From contig CM114271.1 in NCBI GenBank assembly GCA_050084515.1, positions 26,846,001 to 26,910,000 of the forward strand: DNA of 64,000 bases, in the 5' to 3' direction. Numbering within the stretch: position 1 is the first letter of the stretch; each line of letters opens with the position of its first letter. Below, in pieces: positions 41,800 to 54,418 of the stretch. Source of the DNA: Blasia pusilla (Eukaryota). The position numbers were made by a program, and so were the translations under genes. The notes beneath the pieces were generated by a model. It searched no databases. It was not told the DNA's origin and was given only the letters and a program-made list of their open reading frames with translations.

Positions 41800-44700
41800 T
41801 ATAAACTACTTGATGGAACAATCCCCATAGAGGTTTGTGTTGCAGAAAAGTGCAAAACAAGTATAATTGATGGGATACGGGTCTCAAACATACATACCAC
41901 CATGAAGAACAAAATTTTGCAATTAGAAAATGAATGGAGAGTAATCTCCTTCTCAATTATATAAGATATGTACAAGCAATCCTAACCCTAATCCTAACCA
42001 TAGTCTCAAATTATACTAACTATGGCTAACTAACCTTATTTAAGATAATCGTGCTTAACTAACTAATCAAGATTAAGTTTTCCTACTTCGTGTAAGTACC
42101 AAATATAGTAGTTCGTGTGTCTAATAAGCTTAACGATAACTGAGTCTTTAAAACTCTCCCTCAAGCTTATATCGATATCTCTAAGACCTAAATGGTTTCT
42201 AAACATCTCAAACTTATCTTTAAGCAATGTTTTTGTAAAGAAATGATAAATTTGTTTATATATATATATATAAAAGATCAATTTCTCCTGCAAACACTTT
42301 TTCTCTAATAAAGTGGCAATGCACCTCAACATATTTTTTTCGAGCTCTGATCTCTCCTCCTCCTAAGGCCACAAAAGCCTATTGCCTTATGGGCATGTTC
42401 CAAAATCATGGAGATCCGTTGTAGACAATAAAGCACTGGAGTAGCTAAAGCTAAACCCATTTCTAGAGAGAAGATTTGAGATCCTTTAGGAATGAGCGAA
42501 ATGTCTTCCTATAATCCCGTCCATCTTCATGGTTAGGAGAAAATTGCAATTGTAGGTTGCTTTTTTTAAGCCTAACTTATAATTGTGCTTTCGAAGGTGA
42601 AAGAATAACCACATGTAGAATGTCTATATAACATGTTTCCTACCCAATATTGATGTATCTCTGAATCCTTGTAATTGTAAACTCGGAGATGGTTCAAATT
42701 GGAGCCCAAACGAAACAAGGAATTTCATATATCTCATAATCTTTCTCAAAGCATCAAGATGTGGTTTTCGATAAGTTTCCATGAACAAGCTCACTATACT
42801 AACTGGGTAGCTCAAGTCCAGCCTAGTTATAGTTAGATAGATCAAACTTCCAACCATGCATCCGTACATATTAGAATCTGCAAGCAACTCTCATTCATCC
42901 ACTTTTAACTTGTCGTGCGTATACATATCGCTACACAACATACATCGCTCGTCACATCTACACCACACAACACCGATCTTCCCCACACACGGGTCGATCT
43001 ACACATGTACAAAAATCAACTCATACATATACATGAAGATCACACAACAATAAAGAATAGTAAAAATGGCACAACCTGGCTAAAACTCCACTCCTCAATC
43101 TACATCGGCATATCGAGCCTCGTCCACCCTGTGCTATCAAGGAATCCGGACGCTAGCACCCTAGTCCTAGCTCACACACATACAAGGGAGGTGCTCCAAC
43201 GGCCCAACATGAGAAAGATGGCTTAGGAAAGCCATCTTCCTCTCTTATATAGGTTGGGAAGAGCCAAAAGGCTCTTCCCCTAAGAATAGCCCTTCCCTTG
43301 GTAACCTACGAGCACAGGTTACCAGGGGCAGGTGACCTGGTCAACAAGTCACTCGGCTGTAAAAGACCTTAATATGAAAGTCGTCAGAAACGACGTTCTT
43401 GACACAATGGACCTATCCTCAACCTCATCCGACACTGTGGGACAAAGTTACACTCAAGATAGTTCGCTGGCTCCTACGCCCTATCCACGATAGATCTCGG
43501 CCTATCGGCTACTCAGATGTGACAAACTTCATACTTTACTCCAACAACGTAGAGATTGGCTTACAAGCCGTGATACCATATTTTTAATGTATATGAAGAG
43601 CATATTGTCGTTGTAATAACAACATGCTCTCTCCAACCGTAATAAACTCAACACCAAGAAAGTACTTGAGTTCTCATAAGTCCTTCATATCAAATTTTGA
43701 TTGTAGCTTTAGCATGACATGTTGTAATATATCCTCAATACTCCCAATAATCAAGAGGTTGTCAATATACACCATAAGGATAATCGTATGGCCTTCTCCT
43801 CTCAAGACATATGGCGAGGAATCAAAATCACAAACCTTAAAGTCAAGCTCCTAGAGGACATATGTAATCTTGCCATACCAAGCTCTTGGAACTTGCTTAA
43901 GCAAGTATAAAGCTTTCTTTAACCTACATATCTGGAATGGAAACTTATAATGCTTGTATCCAGGTGGTTGAGCCAAGTATATCTCCTTATGCAAATTTCT
44001 ATTCTAGAAGGCATTCTTAATGTCCATGTTAGATAGTCTTCACTTCTTACTTACTGCAACCATGTTCTCATAATGCTCATCTTTCGAACAAGGCTAAATA
44101 TCTTCTCATAATTGATGTCATATTGTTGTGTATAGCCCTTGGCTACCAATGTTTTTTTGCATCTATTCACTATACCATCTTGATTGCAAGTCTATATGCA
44201 ACCAATAGCTTACTTACTAAAAGATATATCAACCAACTCCCAAGTTTATTGATATCTTAACGCGCCAAACTCTTCCTACATACCTTCAATCTGTTCGACC
44301 TTACATGCTTCTTCTTCAAAACAACTCTATTCCTATTCTTGAAGAGCAATCATCATACATGCATCATGTATTGCAAAGAATCCTTCATTTATGAATCTAT
44401 GAAAAGGATGTGTGACTCTACTTGATCTATGAAGTTGATGTTCAAAGATTGAAGCCTTTGACATCTTACTTGACTTTTGACTAGTGTGAATAGATTGAGA
44501 CGTACTCTTCCCGACCATATATTGATAGATTTAACTAATAGTCTAGGACCTCTCTTAACCTTGCACTAGTACTTGGAGAATTTATAGACAATATATGTTG
44601 GTTTATAGTCATATCTCCCCCTCAACACACAAGTTTAGAGGTGGTATAGGCTCAAATGGAACATATCATGAATTCAACTGATAAAAAATAACACCCCGAC

Positions 44701-45510
44701 TAATAATAAGCTTCCTAGAGGTTGTAAATTAGTACTTTCATCCCTTAGTTCCATTAGCATAGCCAATGAAGATACATCTCTCAGATTTAAGAGCTAATTT
44801 TTGGCGTATTTTAGAAGGAACATGAGCATAATATTTATAGCCAAATACTTTCAAGAATGAAAAAATCAGGTTTATTTCATGTGAAGATTTTGAATGGAGT
44901 CTTATCATAAAGTCGTGTTGTTGGATTTTGGTTGATTAAGAAGACTATGCATGCTACAACATCTACCTCATATACCTTAGCAATGTTCTTCTCATGCAAC
45001 ATAGCACGTGCCGCCTTAATAATGTGTCGATTTTTCTACTCAACTTCTATATTTTTTTGTGGAATGTAACAACAAGTCCTTTGTCGTTGGATGCTATGTT
45101 GATATAAGTACGCAACCATTAAATTATATTGAAAGGTACTCTCCTCCTCCATCACAATGAAATTTCAAAATTTGTCCACTTTGCTACTCTATCAGAATTT
45201 TGAAAGTTTGGAACATTGAGAATACTTCTAATTTACCTTTTAGAAAGTATACCTAGAGAGATCATTAATAAATGAAACAAAGTATTGGCAACCACTAAGG
45301 CTATATTGTGATGTTGTCCACATATCATTGTAAACCAACTCAAATATCTTGGATGCTCTTCTATCTTGCTTTAGAAATGAAAATCTTGCATGTTTTCAAA
45401 ATTGGCAATCTGGAGATGTCTTTAACATAATATGACTCAATAATTTAGGAGTCCCATTACTAGATTAGATGAAGACTTTGCAATCTTTGAAGATTTATAC
45501 TCTATGACTA
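41800..45510 (-). mobile_element. Ty1/Copia relic, 3' part (integrase-RT-RNase H, PPT, 3' LTR), interrupted by a solo unit at 42911
   Basis: MVGSLIYLTITRLDLSYPVSIVS (Copia RT C-terminus); LKKALYLLKQVPRAW-like; D.GGEY and KSERCIFIGY-like integrase motifs; PPT ttgagggagag (minus) at ~42152-42163. Left boundary approximate. Confidence 0.8.
42911..43524 (-). mobile_element. Solo terminal-repeat unit (A+B, 614 bp) with 4-bp TSD, inserted in the Copia RT
   Basis: Termini TGTCGTG...GTGACA; AACT on both sides (42907-42910, 43525-43528). Inverted homologue of 57479-58103 and 55656-56269. Confidence 0.85.
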
Positions 45511-48500
45511 TGCGTATTGTCATGACCATACGGATTATGTCGTAGAGTATAGTGTGCTAGTAGAGGCCATACCTTATGTAGGGCCGTAGTGTCTAGGTAG
45601 AGGTGCGATTTCATAGATAGGGTTGGGGGTTACTTCATTGACAGTGAATTTTCCAGTAGGGCCCGCTCTTAGGTTGGAGGATATAGTATGGAGTGTACTC
45701 AAAGAACAATTAGTTCTTTGAGTTGAGCGTGTTGCGTTGGGAGTTAGCCTTGGTAGTGAGTAGAGCTCTTGGCTATGGTGGTTCCCACAAGCTTTGACGT
45801 GGATTCTCCCATCGTGGAGTGAGTTTAGCTCGATTTTATGTGATTCTATACGTGTTTTATGACAGTAGGTCTTTCACGGATTTCACTCAAAGAAATGGAG
45901 TAGATTGATGGTAGCTTCGATCGTGGATCAGTAGGATCTGGTTAGGGCTGATTGTGTACTCAACCATGAATGTTCTTGGCTTGTGGCTTATGTTAGAGGG
46001 GTGAATTTGGTTCGTGGTTGGTTGGGAAAGAATTGCCTTGCTGAGAGCTTTCCAACGCGCTTTAGATCTCCGGATTTCGTCAAGGGAGTTGGAAGTTATC
46101 AAGGATTGAAGATTCTGGTTCGTGTTTGACGGTTTTCTGATGTGGAGAGCTTGGAGTGCGGAAGCTCTGTTGAAGTTCATCCAGATTGGGTGAGAGGTTC
46201 TTGTTGCTACCTGTATTTTGATCTCATGTGAAGCTATCTGCTTGAGTGTGTGGAGCATTTTGGATTTCTGTGTGCATGAATCTGGGCGGAAGCGCTGTCG
46301 GATTTGCGATGTTGGAGGTGTATAAACAACAAGTTTGTCTGAGTTTTAGCTCGGAGTAAAGAGCTTGGTTGTAGCTGATTTTTCGTGGAGAGATAGCTAT
46401 GGTGGCCAATTGAATTCTGGTCAAAACAGATTCAATTTTGGTTGAGGATTTGTGGAGTAATTGCTGATCAAAATTTTGTAGACTAGCTCAAGGTCTCGCT
46501 ATGGTGGACAACAGATCTGAGGGGCTGGCTGGTTGGTTGGTGACTCGTCCATTGTACCCGATTGGGTGCGCCTTGGTTGGGCTTCTCTCCATAGCAAAGC
46601 ATGGTGAAGCGTGGCGAACGGGGCATGTCTCGGCGTTTTGAGGCTTCGAGGCAACTCGTGGTAGCTCGGGGCGGAGTAAGGAGCAAGGAGCAAGCAAGCA
46701 AGCTTGCTTGCTTGGGCGTGAGGCAGTTTTTGCAGGATTTGTGAGTTGAGTGTTGCATAACGGGTCACCCATATTTGGGCTATTCTGCTTGGAAGACGCT
46801 TGACTGCTGAGTTCTTAACTATGCTAGTGTATACATTGGTGTAGCTCATTTGGTGCTATTTGGAGATGTGTTAGGCGCTTTATGCATCTCGGGTTTCCGG
46901 TTGATGGACCTCTAGCGCAAAGTACGGTGTGGTCTCTCCATGCAGGTGATATTTACATGTGCTGCGAGTGCGACTAGCACGTCATCGACCAACGGCGGAG
47001 TAGCTATTGCGTTAGAATTGTGTGGTGGGTTCTGTGGATTCAGGGGGTGCCACGTTTGGTGGATTGTTTTACCTTGATTTCCATTAGCGATTGGAGGGTT
47101 GTCATTGGACTTCCTGTGTTTGGATCCCCTCCATCGTTGCTTCTTGCTTGCGCGCCCATTGTTAGGATTGATGCTCATTTCCAGAGTAGTGTTACTCCTG
47201 TGTGCTACCGGTAGTGAGGCTGGAGTGATGAGGAGTAGATCGTGGGAGGCTTCTTGTGGTGATGATAGGTTAGGTTGCCCATACCCATAGCTAGTAGATC
47301 TAGAATAGTACAGCGACATCGACATCACTTGGTTACTTAGTGGTGGTGCCGCATTGGCGTTGATCATCATGGAGCTGTCTGGTGGTCTGGTTGGGGACCG
47401 TGGTGTGGACAATGATGGTTTTACACAGAGTGGATTGAAGTATCGGCTACCTTTCCCACTTCCGACGGTTAATGAGGAGGAGGACGAGGGTGTTCCAAAC
47501 ACCGAGTCTTCTACGTTGTTATCGAGTGTTGCAACTCCATTGATTTGGGACATGGACGGGATATATGGGGCCATGAAGGGCCCACGATAATACTCGGGTG
47601 CACTGGGCACCATTGAGTTGGAGGACTTCAATTAGGAGTTTGATACGTGGTGTGATATGCAGATGTTGCGGAATGCCACGTTGTTTACACCCTTCTTGGC
47701 TTGGAAGGGGTCTATCATCCATGGTGGTATTGGTAGTAGTGCTCCTACTATGCCAGCCAGCCCGACGTTGAGTGGTACAAGTACAAGCCGGAGTGGAGGT
47801 ACCCATGGAGGTACCAGTGGGGGTACTAGTGGAGGTACTAGTGCCCCACCATTGCTAAGCCCGGTTGTAGAGTTCTTCAAGAGGTTGAAGAAGAACTATC
47901 AGGGAGTGAAGACAGAGAAGTTGAGGAGTCTTCACGAATTTGAGCGAAAGACTGGTGAGAGTCTTCGTGAGGCATACACTTGTATGCGACGCTTGATTTC
48001 AATTATCCAAGGTGTGATTGAGGCTCACGCAGTCCACTCTTGGTATGGGATCTTGGACAGAGAGTTGCGCCGCAGGGTACGTGATGCTACTCTTATGAGT
48101 GATGATTCAGCCACATTGGGCCTTGTGTTTGCTATATCTGAGAAGATTGAGCTTAACATGGTGGAGGAGAGAGTGGTGACATCCGCTTTCAGTAGGATAC
48201 AACAACTACTTCTTGTGTTCAGCAGTCCACCTCACAATCTCGTAGTAGTGATGGTGGTAGTAGTAGTGGGAGTCGTGGGGGGTACACACGACCTCAGTGA
48301 GGTCCTAGAGGGACACTTGCGCAGAGACCATTGCCTTCATTTGCTGCCCTGCAGCAAGGACAGTCATGTTGGACATCTGGAGGTGATAATGTCAAGAGGT
48401 TTTGTGCCCAAGAGGATGGAAGACGGACTTTGGAGGATGGGCCTCAGTCAACCCCAACTCATTGTGATCATTGTGGGAGACCAAGTCATCCTTGAGAGCG

Positions 48501-50099
48501 TTACTTTGATCTTCATCCAGAGTTGAGATTAGGCCGTGGCCGTGGTGGAGAAGCTCCGAGAGGCCGAGGTGTTACAGGTGGTAGAGGTGGACCAGCGGTT
48601 GGAGAGCCTACGGTCGTACCACTACAATAGACTCAACTAAGGCTGCCAGGACTGAGCAGTTGAAGCAGAGGTTGGCTACTATGGCTAGTATCCAACATAG
48701 AGCAGGTTTGGGAGGAGGGGCAACCACCTCTTATGGAGGAGATGATCTCTCTTATATGGTGAGTGCAAAACAAGTTGGGGCATCAACTGCAATTATGAGA
48801 GGAGCCAGTCGAGCGTCAGAGCCACGTGGTGCTACTGTGGAGTTGGACCCACATAGGGGTGAGGCTGGGAGGCAGGCTAGGCTCCCCCAGTCATTCTTGT
48901 TGTCTGAGGTGCGTAGGACTCCATCCATGGTTCCTACGTAGCCTATTGAGCCGACAGTGGGGACTGAGGCATCTACATCGCGTGTAGTAGACACGGATGC
49001 AACATCCAGTGCAATATTGCGGATGGCAACTTTAGTGTTGGGATCCCCATTGTTTTCAACCACGGAGCTGATGGCTTTAGGAGTTGACTTAGCTCATGTA
49101 TTTCAGCTAGCAACCACGTTGTGTAAACCTAGGGGTGTTACTGCTACACGTGCTGAGGTGGATGAGGGTGTTGGGATGGAGCGACCCTCTATGTCAGGTG
49201 TAGCATTGAATACCAGTGCTACTTGGCAAGCAACAACGGCGAAGATGGATGCATTACCAGCCCGGCCAGCCATTGATCGTGAGAGGCTTACACCTGATGT
49301 ATGTATGTTGGACAACCGAAGTGGAATATTCCGATTGGTGAGTCCTACAGGACAGGTGTATAGACCAGATAGAGTCTTGTTAGACTGGAGTGCACAACCT
49401 TTGATGTTGGGAAAGGCGACATATATTGGTTTGGGTAATTGGAGGTTAGAGCTTGAGCCTTGCCCATTCTAGATTCAAACATCACTTGGAGGAGCCAATG
49501 ATAGGTCTCAATTTATGATACGGGAGAAGTTTTCTGTACAGTTGAGACCAGATCATGCGACATATAGCTCCCGGTTGGGAGTACGTGCAGTGGTCACATC
49601 AGCCGAGTCGTATGATGTACTAGTTGGAGGAGCAGTATTGTACCCGATGGGTTTTCATATGGACTACTGGACTAAGACAACGTCTTATAGACCTGTTTGG
49701 CAGTTCGGGGATGGACGTATGAGCCAGGTTCCTATGAGATTTATTTATGGGGCTCGACCAGGAGGGTCTTCCCCAACGGTGTTAGCATCTGTGGCTGGTT
49801 TTTGTGGAGTAGTCACTTGGCCAGGAGACTTTTTGGAGGGTTATGTTTCTGCTATGGATTCTCCTGTGCATGAGGAGGTCCCTAGTTTTGCAACAGTGGT
49901 ATCCTCATCGTTGGATGTGCCACTTTGGAGTTCAGGCGGTGCACTATGGGAGGAGGCTGATCGCCTGGTGCAAGAGGCTTGGTGTGAGGCTGTTATACCT
50001 CACGAGGAAGAGGAAGCTCCACGACGGACTCCTACTTCTAGTCCAGTTGGGTAATCCTCTTTGGATACTACACCCAGTATATGGCAGTATCTTCCGGAG

Positions 50100-51050
50100 G
50101 GCATTTGTGTGTTAGATCTCTTTGGTGGGATTAGCACTCGTTTGGATGCAGTGTTACAGGCCGATATTCCTATACGGAGATACGTGTATGTGGAGCGAGA
50201 TGAGACGGCCCGGAGAGTCTCATCCCGACATATTGGTCAATTGATGCGGAGATATCTTGAGTTGTTGCCACCATCAGCTATTCGTGGGTACCACCGTGCT
50301 TTACCGTCACACATTGCATTGTTGGGGACGTAGGACCTTGAGAGGGTTGGTCCTGTGGATTTGGTGATTGCTCGATGGCCATGTCAGGGTCATACACGAG
50401 CTGGTCGTGGTGAGGGATTACACGACCCTCGGTCTCGATTGTTTTGGGAGATGTTATGGGTGTTACGACATCTTCAGATTCATCACGCACGTGCTCTAGC
50501 TTACATTATGGAGAATGTTCCATTGTTGGGTGACATTCAAACTCGGATGATGGCGAGTGTTCATGAGGTGCGGTCTTGGATTCGACCAGCGGTGTTGTTG
50601 GATGCAGCGCGAGTTGGCTTGCATGCACATCGTCAACGCTTGTGGTGGACAAACTTGTTGCCTAGGGAGGTTCTACATCGAGCATATGATGCAGTGCAGC
50701 GGGATCCTTGCCTTACAATGGATACTATCTTGGATACGGGGCGACTTTCTCAAGTGGTGAGGGTTATTGATGGGTCACCCATGGTAGTGGTGAACTATGT
50801 GGGCCAGCCTAGGATGGTAGTACCCACATTTGTGAGTTTTCCCTCGTCACATGCCTACAGGGAAGGTGGTCCCGGGCTTGTATGGGATTCTCATGTGCGA
50901 CAGTTGGTAGAGCCTAACGTTGATGAGAGAGAGAGCGTGCGATGGGATTTGCTATTGGTCTGACAGCGGTTGCTTCCATTTTTGAGGCTTCACGACGTCA
51001 TGTGTTGGATCAGGCCATGGACCTGAATTGTTTGACCTGGATTTTGAGTC
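50100..51050 (+). pseudogene. DNMT3-like C5 cytosine methyltransferase domain inside retroelement copy 2
   Basis: GICVLDLFGGI (I); YVYVE (II); DLVIARWPCQGH (IV, catalytic PC kept); LFWEML; YIMENV (VI); AHRQRLWWTNLL (VIII); EPNVDERE/MGFAIGLT..RRHVLDQAMD (IX/X). Confidence 0.9.
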
Positions 51051-54000
51051 TTGGTATGGGCAAGCAACGTCGACTTCGGACTATGTCTGTGGGTCTTCCA
51101 CCCCTTGTGATGAGCTCGATGGCTACCGGGACGGTAGAGACATCGGTTGGGGGCGAGGAGAATAGTATTTTGCATCCTTGGAGTAAATAGGATGTAATGG
51201 CTGGGCATGTGGAGTTGGTTGCTCATGCTGGTGGAGGAGTTATTTGCTTAGATGATAGTGTAGCTAAGGATGTACCATCTTGTGAGGGGGTTGCATAGCA
51301 TCCAATGGCGTCATCCTCTCCCTCTAGTGTGCCAGTGGAGGAGACTTGGGAGCCATTACTTTGGCCCAAGCTTACGGGAGGTGAGAGACGACGCTTGACA
51401 CAGTTCCTACGTGCTTATAGGAGTTGTTTTTCCTTTAGCATGAAGGAGTTGGGTGCTCTGGTTGGACCCGATATACGGATTGATTTGGCTAGTGATATGC
51501 CAATCTTTCGTCGTCCCTACCGATATAGTGATATGGAGAGGGACCTAATTCAGAGTAGGACGTTGGACCTTTTGGAGGCTGGATTAGTGGAGTTGTTGCA
51601 TGGAGAGTATGCATCAGCCACTATCATGCATGCTAAAAAGGATGTGCATGGCAACTACACGGATAGGCGGATGTGTGGAGATTATCGTCATATCAATCGG
51701 TAGACCAAGGCCGATAGGTATGCCTACACATGAGGAGATCTTTGGTATGGTGGGACAGGCAATGATTTTCAGTACTTTGGATCTTCCGGCATGATACCAT
51801 CAGTTGACGATTCGAGAGAGTGACAAGGCCAAGACAACATTTTGGGGTGTCAACTCTCATGGCAAGGATTGTTTGTACCAGTGGAAATTCTTACCCTTTG
51901 GGTTGAAGAATGCACCTACCGAGTTTCAGAGAGTGATGGATAGGATCCTAGCAGGGTTGGATTTGTTTGGTGTTACATTGATGATATCTTGGTGTTCAGT
52001 AACACGATGGAGGAGCATCAGATACATTTGCAGATTGAGCGGTTGAAAGCTCATGGTCTACGTTTGCATCCAGGAAAGTGTAAGTTCTTCCATAAGGATG
52101 TTGAGTACTTGGATCATGTGATCTATACAGGTGGGTTGGGAGTTCAACAAGCAAAGGTGGAGGCTATTGCATTTATTCCTCGTCCGGTAGATGTGAGTAG
52201 AGTTCGGGCATTCATGGGATTGGCGAACTACTATCGGAGGTATGTGAAAGGATTTAGTGCTATGGCAAAGCCTTTGAACCAATTGCTGAAATCCGATCAT
52301 GAGTGGCGTTGGGGAGATGATCAGGAGAGAGCTTTTGTGGAGCTCAAGGCCTAGTTGGTGGTGGCGCCTATCTTGAGGAGACCTATCAGAGGGCGCCCAT
52401 TTCAGTTACACACTGATTGGAGTAGGTTGGGACTTGGAGCGGTGTTGACACAACATGATGATGAGCACATGGAGTTTGTGGTGGCCTATGCAAGTCGTTC
52501 AAATAATGCAGCAGAGTCGCGCTATAGTCCATATGAGGGAGAGTGCTTGGTAGTAGTGTGGGCTGTGGCACACTTTAGGTGTTACTTGTTTGGCACACAG
52601 TTTACCCTTGTTACTAATCACCAACCGCTCAAGTGGTTGATGAGTCTGACAAGCTTACAAGGAAGCTTGCACGGCGGGCTCTTATCTTAGAAGAGTATGA
52701 CTTCCAGGTGGTACATAGACGTGGAGTTGCCAACCTTGATGCTGATGGGTTGAGTAGGAACCCATGTACTAGCCAAGAGGATGCAACTGGGGCTAGATGG
52801 CATGGCGAGGTTGATGAGGAGATGGTGCCAGGTTGGCATGCATCCACCTTTTTATGTTGGTTAGGGGTGGACTCTAGTATGGAGTCCACCCCTAACATGA
52901 CATCTTATTCTAGTCAGAGGGTAGATGGCTAGCCTTCAGATCCGAAGGTTGGAGATGGTGGTACGGATTAGCGTGATATTCATGATGATGCGTTGGTGTT
53001 GGAGTTCCTACGGACCACTAGGGTGCCACGCATAGTGAGTGCCAAGGAGCGAGACTGTGTTCTTCAACTTGCTAAGAGGTATCGATTGGAGGGAACACAT
53101 ATTCTCCGTGTGTGGGAGGATGGTAGAGTACGAGTAGTGCCGCATTTGGCTCAGAGAGAGCGCATTGTGCGACATGCCCATGAGGAGTTGGGACATTTTG
53201 GGGTAAAGTGTACGTATAGCTTACACCTTCGTCAGTATTGGTGGCGTGGCATGCATACTCAGGTGCAGAAATTGGTGTCACATTATATGGTTTGTGATTG
53301 GGTGAGGGCATCATTCAATGCCCCTACACCACAGTTACACCCCTTGCCTATTATGGGGTTGGGTTATCGTTGGAGTGTGGACTTTGAGGGACCGTTATCG
53401 TTGAGTGTACGACATCATCGATATGTGTTGATGATGGTGGAGCACTTCTCCAAGTGGATTGAGTTGGTGGCATTACCTGACAAGGCAAGTGAGGGAACGG
53501 CGTATGCGTTTCTTGATAGAGTGCTTAGTCATTTTGGTGCACCAGATGAGGTGCTGACGGACCAGGGCACAAAGTTTCAGGGTGAGTTTCAGGTCTTGTG
53601 TGACAAGGCGTTGATTGATCATCGGACCACGTCTCGAGATCATCCAGAGGCGGATGGTTTGGTTGAGCGTGTGGTTCAGACGGTGAAGAGGGCATTGCGC
53701 AAATATGACATACAGAAGAGGCATCTTGGAGACTAGGATATTCAGTTGCCATGGTTAGCCATGGGGTATAGGTTCAGTTGCCAAGGATTCTTGGCTTCCT
53801 TCTCACCTTATTTTCTGTTATACGGCCTAGATCCAGACTTGCCAATAGCAATTTTTCGGGAGTCTAGTGAGGTGGTGAACCTTGATGACCCAGAGATGTG
53901 GATGAGAGTGTGTTCTCAGCGGGCAAAGCTCTTTCGGAGAGTTATGCCAACAGCCTTTGAGAACCTTGCCATTGCTCAACATAGGGATACGTTGCCGTAT

Positions 54001-54276
54001 GCAACCATTCGGGGTGGAGGTTATCGACCATCGATTTGTAGGTTCCATGTGGGGGACTTTTTCTATTTGCAGTAGATTGCATCGACAACGTTGGATCTGA
54101 CGGCATGCCGCACTGTTTTACGAGTGCGCGAGGTGTTAGCTTCTGGAGTTCTCATGTTGGAGGGTCGTGATGGAGTTGTTTGGAAGGACCATGTGCGTAA
54201 TTGTGCGCCATGTCATCTTCCAAATGTGGATGGTACTGTTGACCCAAGCTTAGCCATGATACGTGCTAGCTTGAGG

Positions 54277-54418
54277 TGCATGTTGTGTGGGTCTCACCGG
54301 TAACGGCCGTATGTTGTTGGTGTGTGATCGGTGTTCTACGGGTTGGCACATGATGTGTTTGACTCCACGTATGGATGTTGTTTGTATTGGAAGGTGGGTT
54401 TGTCCTCGATGTACTTAG
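54277..54418 (+). pseudogene. PHD finger at the integrase C-terminus
   Basis: CMLCG then, after a frameshift, MLLVCDRCSTGWHMMCLTPRMDVVCIGRWVCPRCT*, a C4HC3 pattern with the typical W.CP.C end. Confidence 0.85.

Noticed and set aside
40600-41800. Possible degenerate transposase fragments
   Set aside because: Too decayed to assign any family.
46912-47631. 239-aa minus-strand ORF inside the Gypsy-type element
   Set aside because: S/P/N-rich with no recognisable motif. It overlaps the plus-strand gag N-terminus, which is the frame conserved with copy 1, so it is likely a shadow ORF.
50100-51050. Bacterial restriction-modification methylase or host DRM/CMT gene
   Set aside because: Motif order is I to X (not DRM-permuted), with no chromodomain insert, no introns and no restriction partner. 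It sits at the same pol position in two copies.
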